Shown piece by piece: positions 10,683 through 22,354 of a DNA stretch of 64,000 bases. The position numbers were made by a program, and so were the translations under genes. The stretch is from the NCBI GenBank assembly GCA_964035545.1, contig OZ037767.1, positions 24,506,628 through 24,570,627 of the forward strand, in the 5' to 3' direction. The notes beneath the pieces were generated by a model that did not search any database, had not been told where the DNA came from, and worked only from the letters and a program-made list of their open reading frames with translations. Each line of letters opens with the position of its first letter. Positions within the stretch are counted from its first letter, which is position 1. This DNA comes from Bugula neritina (taxonomy: Eukaryota > Animalia > Bryozoa).

Positions 10683-13600
10683 AGTAAAATTTCACCAGGC
10701 CTGCTGATCAAAGTTGGGATATGTGCCTTTATTCTAGCACTTCTTGCTTATGGGGTATCAAAGGGCTTTCATCAAAAGTTAGTTTTAATATTTATCATTG
10801 ACATTTGTATAAGCAAATCTACCATTCTAATTGTTTTAGTCATGTCAAACAGTAAATTTTTTATTAATGTTTGAAAAGAAGATTTGCAAATTCACATTGA
10901 ATGCCAAATTATGCTGTTTTGTATTTTTTTCTGTATGTTGTTTTCTGTACAGTTTTTCAAGTTGCCTTGTAAAAAAGATTATATTGATATGTATTTTAAA
11001 TAGGTTTCGGCTGAATAATGATTAACTTATGTTCAGTATTAACTTGATAGGCTTTTCTGTCTCATAGACATTATTTTAGAATTTAAACCAATATTTTGCT
11101 GCTACATTTTTCAGTTTCCTACTAAATAAGTTTGACGGGAGCACAAACGCACAAATATTAGAGAAAACACTTACGGCTTCTCAAATAATTGAAGAAGTTA
11201 GGCGTTCAAATTATACCAGAATCAAGTCTGGAAGGCTTTTGGCATTTGCTCACACCAAGGTAGAATTTTGGACATTTCTTATTATTGTTTGCAGTACTTT
11301 TGAAGATTCATTTTTTTAAATCTATTACGTTCTAATTATTTTATTTATTTTGAGCTTTACCTTTCACAAGTACATCTAGCACAAGGTTTCTCCAATTCTT
11401 AGTTGAATGAAGTAGCCGAGTTGCTTGGTCATCCCCAGAGATATACAATTCCACCAAAATTAGCCACCGAGTTCCTTGGTCATCACCAGAGACATACCAG
11501 TCCACCAAAATTAGCCAGCAACAAACAGAAAAAAGAGGTCTGCCCAGAGTCTTTCCAGAAGAATGCAAAATCTCAAGACATATATTTCCGGCATGGTACG
11601 TGCTTTCTAAGTAGCATCTTGTTTATCTGCATTTCACTGAACTGCCCTTCAAGTTGTGTCAATGTTACAAGTCCAATAAATCCAGTGTTTGTTCAGCTGT
11701 GAACTGCGTTATTCTCTGCCCCCATTTTTGTTGCTTTGAATAAAAAGGAGTTCTATAATAAACTAGGCTGTCTATAGTTTCCAAATCCTATTACTCGACA
11801 GTTGCTCTAACTAGATAAATCATTTGAAGTATTTGTTTTTTGTCTACTGGTATTAAATGTGGAAATATTTTCACTTTACCTGAGCTACCCTAAAATTAGG
11901 CAAAAAAAAACTTGTTTCCAGGGGGATTTAAGCTACAGACCTGTACAGATGTACCTGAGTTCCATACTTTACTCACCCTTGTCTACAATTTTGTACATTA
12001 CGACTCTAAATATTTCCAACATATACCTTCCATATTCCAAGAAGTAAATAAATTCTATCCAAACATTCGTATAATTGCTGCCATCCCAGACACGCTGACT
12101 CTGAATCAAGCTGACTATAAAGACACCACAATCATTAAACTGAAGAAAAGGTAAGTACATAAGATATTGAGCAAGTTGATGTAAACCTTAAAAGACATTA
12201 CTATCATTACAATCAAAAGTAGATAGATGAAATATGCTTTTTAAAGAGTATGATACTGTCAAACTGAAATTTATAACTGCTCATCTATTTAGGTTTACAT
12301 ATTACAATTGTTTAACCCACAGGTATGCCTTGTAAAGTTCAATAGTTTCAAATGTAGGTGAAATAAGATAGGAATTAAATAAAGCCTATGTTCTAAATAA
12401 AATGGAGAGCAAAAAACGTTCTCACTAGAAGCTCAACCCCTGCCCCAAACTAAAATTCATCGGGAAAATTAAACAACTTTTGCTATTGAAATTTTCTGTA
12501 ACTGCATGTAAAGGTAGTTCTGTCATGTTTATTTATTGAATTTTAGCTACACATGTTTTCTATTTCACTCCTGCTTTGAAGCTTTTGTGAGCAAAGAATT
12601 TGCAGGTTAAAAATTATAGACTGGTACTTATAACGATTGTTTTAAAACTTGTTTTTGTGTAAATACACTAATCTAGTCCTTTCTAGATGTGTACGTTTCT
12701 AGATTTTCTGTGATATGCTTTCTTCTATGTTATATAGTGAAGCAGAGTCGACTATATGGAGGAATCTCATAGACAGAGTACAAACTAAGTATGTGTATAT
12801 TGGAAGAAATGTTGTGAAGTTCACATGGTTTGATAGACTAGAGAGATTAGTTAGAGAGATGGGCAATCTAGAAGCTTCTGTGGTGTCTGGTGCATACAGA
12901 ACTCTAGTTTCAGGAGTGGTAAGTACTTTAAGTTTTATTTGTTTTCAAACAAATCATTAGTGACTAGTAGAGTATTTTTTATTGAAATAAAGCGTCAAGC
13001 TTCATTTATTTGATTTTACTCCTTTATTATGTGTTGAAATAGTGTCATATAGAGCTCTGGTATCAGGTGTGGTAGGTACTGTACTTTTTGATAATTTTAT
13101 ATAAACACTATTGATTAACAATTCATCTACTACTATTCCACAGCTTTACACTGCTTACTACATTACTGTTATAAACAATACCTGTCTTGTAATCTATATT
13201 GTATAAATATATACCTTTTTGTATGAATAGCAATGAATGCATAAAGCTGCGATGTATAAAGATACATAGATTAATTATAGCTTGGTTTGTTTATGAGCTG
13301 TTGGAGTTTTACATAGTGCTGGTGGGCATGTTTACTTGTTGTTAAATCTACAGATTTAAACGATGCATAATTAATTTCTTTTTTCTTATCTATATTCGCT
13401 TTTGATCTCTCAAATTGTCTTTATTTTCTTTCAGCTGGATTATATCAAGTAAGGACCATGTTATGTTTATTTAACTTATTATGTATTGTCCCAATTAAAC
13501 TCAAATGTTTTATTTGCTAACATTCTTTAGTTGAAAGGAATGCTAGCAACTACATTACTTAATGCTCTACTCCATTTTCTATATACTATAGAGTGCAATT

Positions 13601-14078
13601 ATGCATGCCTTATAGCCCATAGATAGGATTTGCTGCATCTGCCTATTGATACAAAAACCTTACTACCTGGTTTATGTTCCTGTAGAGACAATTTTTGGTG
13701 GCACCTACTGAAAGTGTAATATAAACATTATATAGAATTATGTATTTAGCAAAACAATACCCAATTTTAGTGGTGGTTTCGCCTGTGGGGAGAATAACTT
13801 CCAAATATAGATTAAAAATATGTGATGCTGCCACCCAAGTGAGTTGGCTATGGTAGAGGCTAATAATTCCCAATACCAAATTTATAGACTTGCTTATGCA
13901 ACACACGTTTAAAGCATGTTTTACACACTTTGACAACATTACAATATTTTTGAGAACATTTACTTAGGTGGTGTTAATGTTTATGGCACTACATAAGTAG
14001 GTGCTATATACAAAACTGCCACCCAAGTTGGATATGATATGATTATGTATATATATAGGCATATATAAATCAATGTGA

Positions 14079-14130
<52 letters not shown>

Positions 14131-16953
14131 ATGTAATGTATACATTACACTATCATTAAGTGCCACCTATATATATATATATGTGTGTATATATTATACA
14201 TCTCACCGTTTCTCACCATAATCCTTGTGGGTGACGGGTTTCTGCATAGTCAACGAAATTATGATTCCTGTCTGATTCTGTCACTGGTGTCCTTGCTATT
14301 TAATTTCCACGATATAATATCAAATCTGATGGTGTCCATCTACCGATGTTTAGGTCTTCCTCTCTTTTGCCTTCAGCACAGATGTTGTTATTTCTCTATG
14401 CGTCCTCTACTTTGTTTCTCCTGCATACATGTTCATGCCATTTTAATCTCTTTCTCATCAACGCCGTCACTGGTTTTACTCTTGCAATGTCTCTGATCTC
14501 ATTCCTTTTGTGTTCTTCCAGGCTGAAATGAGGATGTTGCACAACATCCTCATTTCTGTGGAGCTAGTATAGTTTTCTAGGCTATGTGTGAGCGGCCATA
14601 TCTCATTGCCGTACAGCAACGCAGGTCGAATGCACACTTGGTACATTGACATCTTCAGTCTTGTTGGAACTTTCCTGTTACGCAACACACCAGCTTGTTC
14701 TCTCCACTTGTCCCACGCCTTTCCTATTCTTTTCACCACCTTTGCTTTGCATCATCCTTCTTGGTGGATCAGAGTCCCAAGATACTTATATGGTTTTGGC
14801 TGTGGAAGAAAGTATTCACAATTGCCATAATGTATATGTTTGCCCCATTCGTAGTATACGACCACCCCCATCATTTCTGGTGCCATTAATTTCTCTCACT
14901 ATGCCATTTCTCGTACGCGATTCTCTTTTTTACTACATGCCCATTTAAATCTCCTGCCACCACCATCTCTTTAGTTTCAGGTATATTATTCATCTAGCTG
15001 GTTCCAGAATAGATCGTTCTCCACCGGGTCACAGCCTTACTGTGATGCATATATTGATATAATATTGTATGGTTTTCCTTGTGTTGGTAGCTCAAGTGCC
15101 ACCATCCTGTCTGATGTTCTTTTTACTGTAATTATTCTTTCTTACCATTTGCTGCTTAGGCATATCCCGACCCCGTTTTTTTCCTTCTATCGTAATATAA
15201 CGCGCACCCATCTCCTATGCCCCATGCTTTTCCTCCATGTCCATTTTGTCTCTTGCTAACACAATAGAACTATTTTCCTTCTTACTATCATGTCTGCGAT
15301 TTCACAACTCTTACCAGTCCAAGTGCCAATGTTAAGTGTTGCTACCCTCAGTTTTTGATTCGCCTCGCTTGTTTACTTTTCTCAGCATCGAGAGTGTGGC
15401 TGCTCATCACTGTTAGAGAGTAGCACCCTATCTATCACTGATCGTCTGTTGGCTGTCTGCATGATTGTCTATGAGGCATGGCTATTACAGGCTAAATGCT
15501 CTTCCTGGCACCAAACCCTCTGTCTTTATCTGGGCTTGGGTAGGCTAAAAGGTGCATTGGCTTGTGCAGGTCACATTTCACTGATAACAATCAGCAATTA
15601 AAATTGCAAATTAGTTTTAAGAAATCTACAATTTTTTTGAAAATACTATCCTCTAGAAAAGTAAAGGTTATGAAAACTTGAAACGAATAGATAATGAAAA
15701 AACCAAATAAAACATTCACAGTTAATTGAATTCACCAGCTTATTTTTGCACATTTGATTATGAAAAACCAAAGTCAACTTATTACTGGTGTTTTATAGTT
15801 TACCATGTGTGGGTGTGGGTGTGTGTATATACGCACATGGTAAATTATAAATAGGTTGATTTAGGTTTTTCATAATTAATCGAATGTGCAAAAATAAGCT
15901 GGTGAATTCAATTAACTGTGAATATTTCATTTGGTTTTTCCAATATCTGTTCGTTTCAAGTTTTCATAACCTTTACTTTTCTAGAGGATAGTAGTTTCAA
16001 AAATAATTGTAGATTTTTTAAAACTAATTTGTAATTTTAATTGCTGATTGTTATCAGTGAAAATCTTTCACGTCCCTTAGTGTTTACTGAATAATTGATC
16101 ATCTAGATTTCTGTTTGCCAAAGTAATGTCTAAATTAGCATGTATTCGTTTATACATCTTTATTTATAGTGGAGTAACGGGTGTGAACAGTCTACTCTAT
16201 CTAACTACCAACTGGTATACAGACATGGATATGATATCTCTATGGAAGAGTGTTTACTTTGCCATCATGTTCATGGACCCTTCGTTGCCAGAAAAAGTCT
16301 ATTTCAGGAGGTTTGCCTACATCTTATACAGCTTGCGGTCAAAAATATCATCTTGTTGTCCTTCTTGCCTTTATAAACCCATGCTTGTGTGTTCACAATA
16401 TATTAGTTTATTAGGCTGAAATCAAGTATCACCCACAGTACGATGCTATCATAGTACAGTAAAAAGAAAATTAGTCCGGAGATTATCGTCTCTTCATATA
16501 CAGTTTGTCTAGCTAAGTAGCTCAACACCCAGCTGTTAACAATTACTGTTGGTGACTCATTGTTAGGTGGCTATAAAGGCGGGAGTGTCATCTACCAGTG
16601 CCTTTGCTATCTGGTTTCTTAAGCTGAAGAAATTGGATAAGACTGTAGTTTCCTGCCCTGACGCAATGGCAATTGTGACAGATGAGAGTCAGCAACTTGA
16701 AAGCACCCATCATCAATGGAAAGATTTGGCTTTCCATCTTCAGGTACTTTGCTCCAGCTGATAGAAGGTTGTTAACTTTTTGTATAGGCCTACACCTAGC
16801 TCCATACGTCTTTATATAGTCTAATGCACTCTGTGCTGTGATGCTTGCTTGAAATTTAAGTTATGCATTGGCACTGTTCGAACAACACTATGAAAAGAAC
16901 TTTGTAGATCCTAGTGATCTTGCATTGCGAGATACTGCGTTTATATGTGCGTG

Positions 16954-17004
<51 letters not shown>

Positions 17005-17955
17005 CCATGCTTATTCATACGATCACATTCACCGCTGTGTTTTACAACAATTCTGTCACTACTTTTGAAAATATTTTTTGCTGATGATGGTGTATCTACT
17101 GATGTATTTACTAGTGCTGATTTCAATTACTGTTTGTCTAAATGTCTAATGTCTATGCCAATTTTCAGGAGCCACCAGAAATGTTTACAATTGTAGTTAA
17201 TTGCCTGTTACCACTCACACTTGCTATGATGAAACTTACTCTAGATATATTTATAGTTTTAATAGTTTACACATTTTATTAAGGTTGAAAGGATCAGAAT
17301 GAATTCTAGTTATGTGTTAGAATACGACTGTAAAGACGCAGGCACTACTTGTTCCAGAAAGCAGATTGCACAACCGAGCAAAGCTCTCTCAAAATGCTGC
17401 ATGAAGGAGCTGTCCAATGCTATTAAAGTGGTCATGAGAACATGCAGGGTGTGTTATATGGGCTAATAGTGGCTCTCTAATTGATACCTTTATTTAGTTT
17501 CTTTGTCTTTTTTACTATGTACCAGTGTTAAAGTTTTTAGCAATGCTAGTTGTTTCGAAGTTTGTAAGAACTGGTGAAACACCCTGATGAAAATTTTTCA
17601 AGCTACATATAAATTATCTCCTATCTGTTGAATACTACTGTTGTTGAAATTTAGGAAAATGGCCTGGTGTGCCAGTTGAATGCAGGTACCAACCTGGGAG
17701 CTATCAAATTCAACAGTGTGCTGCCATGGGAGCTGGATGCAGATATTTCAGTACATCACGTTAATCTAACAGCTTTTGATAAGTTAAAACTGAACTTCCT
17801 TGCGAAAGGTGGTTTTAAATGGGTTTGTATTTTAACTTTATTTACATATTATGACAAATTTAAAGAAATAATATATAGGCATACATATATGTGTGTGCGT
17901 GTGTGTATATGCATTGAGCTCTTTTTGGTGGTAACCTATAAAACATTACATATTA

Positions 17956-18013
<58 letters not shown>

Positions 18014-18583
18014 ATGCAAAAGAGAACAATTATTTCACATTTAAGTATGGTAATTTCAGGCTTCTTACCAAGGCTATATAAATGTATTCTCTTCAAATTG
18101 GAAAGTTGACGTGTATCCCCATGTGCTAGTAAACCGGTCCCTGCCAAATCTTTCCAGTACTGTTATTGAGTTTGATGGGGAATACGTGGAGACAGCGCTC
18201 AGCCCAGGGTTATTTGGAAGAAACTCGTGAGTCAATATATTTACTATGTTTATAGAAAAACGGACCTATTAGAGTTTTTTTACAGCAGCTGTCATGTTTT
18301 GAGGGTTCGATATTTTACCAAATTGCAAGTTACCATCTATTGTGTAATGGTAGAGTTGTTTGCATCAAGCTTTATTTTATTTGACTTGTTGATTTTATTC
18401 AGGTATGGTAAGGAAATATATCAGCATGTGCAACATTGGATGATAATAGCTAAGAAAGACGCGTGGGATTTTTACAGCGATCATGCTAAGCAGTTTCCAA
18501 AATGTCAAACCCCTGGCCATCATGCTTGTCTGGACAGGTTTAAGCCAGATGGTAATCTTATTTTCGAAGAGCCAATTCTGTAA
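10683..18583 (+). CDS. Fukutin-related (FKRP-like) LicD-family phosphotransferase, copy 1; type II membrane protein; start codon unresolved
   Basis: Phase-compatible GT-AG exons 10683-10777, 11115-11259, 11403-11595, 11922-12150, 12738-12918, 16170-16310, 16567-16743, 17284-17448, 17655-17822, 18060-18226, 18403-18583. N-terminal hydrophobic anchor LLIKVGICAFILALLAYGV; LicD/NTase motif AGTNLGAIKFNSVLPWELDAD; AATAAA at 18687. Confidence 0.85.
13697..14167. mobile_element. MITE-like element with about 34-bp imperfect terminal inverted repeats
   Basis: Left end GGTGGCACCTACTGAAAGTGTAATATAAACATTA; reverse complement of right end GGTGGCACTTAATGATAGTGTAATGTATACATTA; internal GCCACCCAAGT repeated; no coding capacity. 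Confidence 0.6.
14205..15570 (-). mobile_element. Degenerate, internally deleted RTE-like non-LTR retrotransposon
   Basis: Endonuclease N-terminus LRVATLNIGTWTGKS...LC*QETKW near 15350-15240, with a stop; post-RT segment RIGKAWDKWRE...KVPTRLK...IRPALLYGNEIWPLT...EMRML at 14739-14476; most of the RT is missing. Confidence 0.8.
15576..16062. repeat. Long palindrome (foldback), about 230-bp arms with a short GT-rich spacer
   Basis: TTTCACTGATAACAATCAGCAATTAAAATTG... is mirrored by ...AATTTTAATTGCTGATTGTTATCAGTGAAA; pairing continues inward to TTTACCATGTG / CACATGGTAAA. Confidence 0.9.
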
Positions 18584-19241
18584 AAAATATTCTATCCTTT
18601 CTACACATTGTATTCATTTTGTTCCTTTCTTGCGTCAAATGCATAATGTAATGCCTGCATTGCCTACATATATTTTGCTTCTCTAAAATAAATCCTTATA
18701 ACATCAATCAACAGTCACTTTTATTTATAAATATGTAATTATATCTGCATAGTACCTTCACTATGACTTAGGCTCTGCGATGTTGGTATATTGAATGTAG
18801 CTTAAAACCATGCCAACGATATCTCAAAAAAAGCTGTTGAATCTAGATACCAACTATGTCTAGAGTGTTAATTTTTATACCTACTTATTTATTTACCTTT
18901 AGTATAACTGTATAAGATGGCTACCAAAATATATATTTACTAAAATTTGTACTTTCTGTGATGCTAAAGGTGCTGGAGGGCATTTGAAGACATTAGGTTC
19001 TGCAGCTTTCTTTATACTACAGTTTTTCACGGAAATCTATTAATGTTATATTATTATACTCGAGAGTTGCTTCATTATAATCATTATAGGCCTATAACCA
19101 GCACCGTATAAACAGACAGTTGTCACCTAATCAAATCTGAGGACTGCTTTATTAATCAGCAACTGAACTGAACAAGCTACTTTACTGAAGGGTTGGTACC
19201 AACGAACTAGTAAAGATATTTCTAGTTCATGGTTGGTACTT

Positions 19242-19602
19242 GGTACCAATGAACTAAAACTTCCTAGGGGAGGTGGGTATAGTTCAACAGAAATAACTCA
19301 TCTCTGCAGTTCAATGGTTGGTACATTTGGAATCGTTCTATGAGCAGCCCCGGGGAGGGGGTAGTTAGGTACAGTAGTTTGGAATTCTAGAGCTGGGGGT
19401 TAAAGCCCCAACTTGGAGCTGCCTATAGACGATACGAGTTGGGTTTTAAACGGTCTATTACTATGAATGGGCCAATGAACTGGAAAAAAACCCGGTTACC
19501 ATAGGCGCGTTTCTAATTAAATGGACTATTCCGGGGTGCATAAATGCCTCACTGAGCTGGAAAAGATATTATTGAGTTCGATGGTTTTAGTTCATTGATA
19601 CC
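19242..19602. mobile_element. Putative MITE with 19-bp inverted repeats
   Basis: GGTACCAATGAACTAAAAC at 19242 and GTTTTAGTTCATTGATACC at 19584 are inverted with one mismatch; GAACT...AGTTC sub-repeats occur inside and just left of it. Confidence 0.45.
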
Positions 19603-22354
19603 TCTGTCACCATTCTGAAACGCCGTGTAGGGTAAAAAACGGTTCTTCTAAGCAGCATCCCTAATGAACTCGAAACGTTCAGTGAGCATCCCAAGCAACA
19701 TAAAACAAGCGATTCGCATATAAGTATTACTATATGTCATTCCGGTTTTGCATTTTCAACTCGAATTTTTTTTATTCATATTGACTTTAAGTTCATGTCT
19801 CCTTGTATAGTCATAGTGTGAACATGCCAGTTTGAAAATCATATTGATAGTAAATTTTAAGCACCTTTCAAAATTGTTTATACTTTGATGGTTAACAGCA
19901 CCCACTTGAATTCTAAAACTCAGTAACTTTAAGCAAACTTCACCTGCACATTCAATTTCATGCCAGTCATACTCATACTCACTGACGCTGTGACTGAGTC
20001 ACGAGTGTAGTTTTACATAACTGACCCTTACGCTGCGTCCTTTGTATTCTTTAATCACACTCTGACTCTTTACCATGCACTCATACATGTTGTAATTATA
20101 ATAATCATACTCAGTCTCATGAGTTATTAAATTTAATATTCATATTGGTACTACTAATGTGATTTAATGTTGATACCCATACTGGCAATGATTACTCAGT
20201 CTCATGGTGATGGTGATAATCATAATGATGAAGCGACGATGTTTAACTTTATCATTACGTTGGGGGGGTATTAGTCTTAAATTTAATCTTATACTTATAG
20301 TTATTCTCATATTTTATATTAAATAATTAATTTTGATAGTTGATATTCATACTCGTACTGTAAATGTGAGTGTGATGCTCACTTTTATTGCCATGCTAAT
20401 GTTTGATTAGTTGATTGTTATAGTTATACTTATACTGCTACTACCACTGCCACTACCACTACTACTAATACTATAGGCTGTGGTTTTGTGGTAGATAATG
20501 AAGCTGATAATAGTAATCCTAATAATAATAGTAATAGTAAAAGTTCTATTTGCACTGGTCATAGTGTATCCTGTATGATAATGATTACAACTGCGGTATA
20601 TGATGACTCATCAAATCCAATTATGTAATGGTAATGGTGAGCCATAATAATAATTATCATGTTTATAGTAATACTCTAATAGTAACTCCGTTGATATATT
20701 TAATTTGTGTCTTTTTACTTGCAGGCTCAAGTTGTTTTTGCTTTTAAATTCAATATGGCTATTCAGTATTCACGTTTTTGTATTGTATGATAACTTTCAT
20801 CCTTATTCTATTAAAGCCTATGAAAATCTGCCATATTTTGATCATTTTGAAACTAGACACCCACTGCAAATCTGAATTATACTAATGCTTCAACTTTTTC
20901 TATTAGTTTAAATGTAATGATTAGTATTACAGTTTGACCTGCTCATTCTACTTATTGATTAGTGATTAGTCTTATAAAGTAATATTTGTGGTAAATCGTT
21001 AGCAGATGTATACTTTTATTTTTTATCTATTAGGTATGTAAATCCTATTACCGCAATAATATTACTATTATTATAATGCTAGTAGAAAGTTACTCCATGT
21101 AATGGTAGGCTAATCAATGTCAAAGTTAGTATACACATTTCAAATGCTTGTTTAGGTATGTTCAAGCTATGTTCAACTTTTCTTAAATGATCCTAAAATT
21201 TGCTGTAGTTATTTGCAATCACTTTGAATGTTCCGTGTTATTAATTCAGATTTTGTTGTTCAAATACTAATTGGAAGCATTTTAGTATTTTAGTTAAACC
21301 ACTTCATTGTATTGATACTATCTGCTGGTTCGAGTTTTGAGAAAACATAGTCATTATAAATCGTGTGACGTTTAGTGACATACATAATTGCTATTTAATT
21401 ACATCATTTTGCAAGTTACATGGTCATTCGGTTGGGCATTTTAGGTTTAGGTCTTAGACTTAGTATTTGGATAATTTAAGCCTGTAAGTATTGAGTTTTG
21501 AGACAAATGTCTAGGCAAGTAAACAATAATCAGTTCAAATGCTTTGCACATGAATTGTTATGTGCATTTACACTGTTGTATTAAATTAAAGTTAGTTTTT
21601 GAATCTGTATTAAAAAATTTTAATTATTGTCCTTATTGAGTGCTTCATTATTAACATTTGTTTGAAAAGCCTGTGATATTAAGCTTTAATAAATAACTTG
21701 TCTCTATTTTTCTCAATTTTTTTATTGTAGATGTCCATTGTTTTGCCCAACAGTAAAATTGTGGTGATCATGAAATATAGATTGGTATTAGATTTTTTTA
21801 CTTTTTCATGTATTTTTAGACTATTTGGCACATAGCTAATAAAAATTGAGGCACACTATTTTGTTTGCTCTAATAATTAAACGCACACAGAGAGAATTCC
21901 TAACATCTTTTATATATTTATCAATTTATTCTTTTCAAAAATTTATTGGAAAGTTTTTTTCAAGTATTCATACTTGTAGTGTTTAAATTAAATAAATAGA
22001 TTAAATTTGAGAACTCAGTATCCATTGTCAGTTAAATGTTTATCAACAACTCGTTAAAAACTTTGCCATTTGCTTACTATATTTTTTGCTGGCAACTAGA
22101 TAGTAAAATCACAATGACATTTTAAATGGCATTTTAAATCTTTTTCATCTTATGATTTTTATCATTTTAATGTATTTGTTTAAGTATTAATTCCTAATCT
22201 TTTTTCTATTTTAAAACACAATGCACTTTTCGAAAAGTTTAAATATAGAAAATTTAAAAATAATATTTCAAATCCACATAAAACTTTTTTGTGAATGATA
22301 GGTTATCACAATTTTAAAATAAGGTGTATTATGCATTTTACTTTTGATTTTTAG

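Noticed and set aside
13981-18147. ORFs containing YIYIYI runs
   Set aside because: Translations of (TA)n microsatellites in introns.
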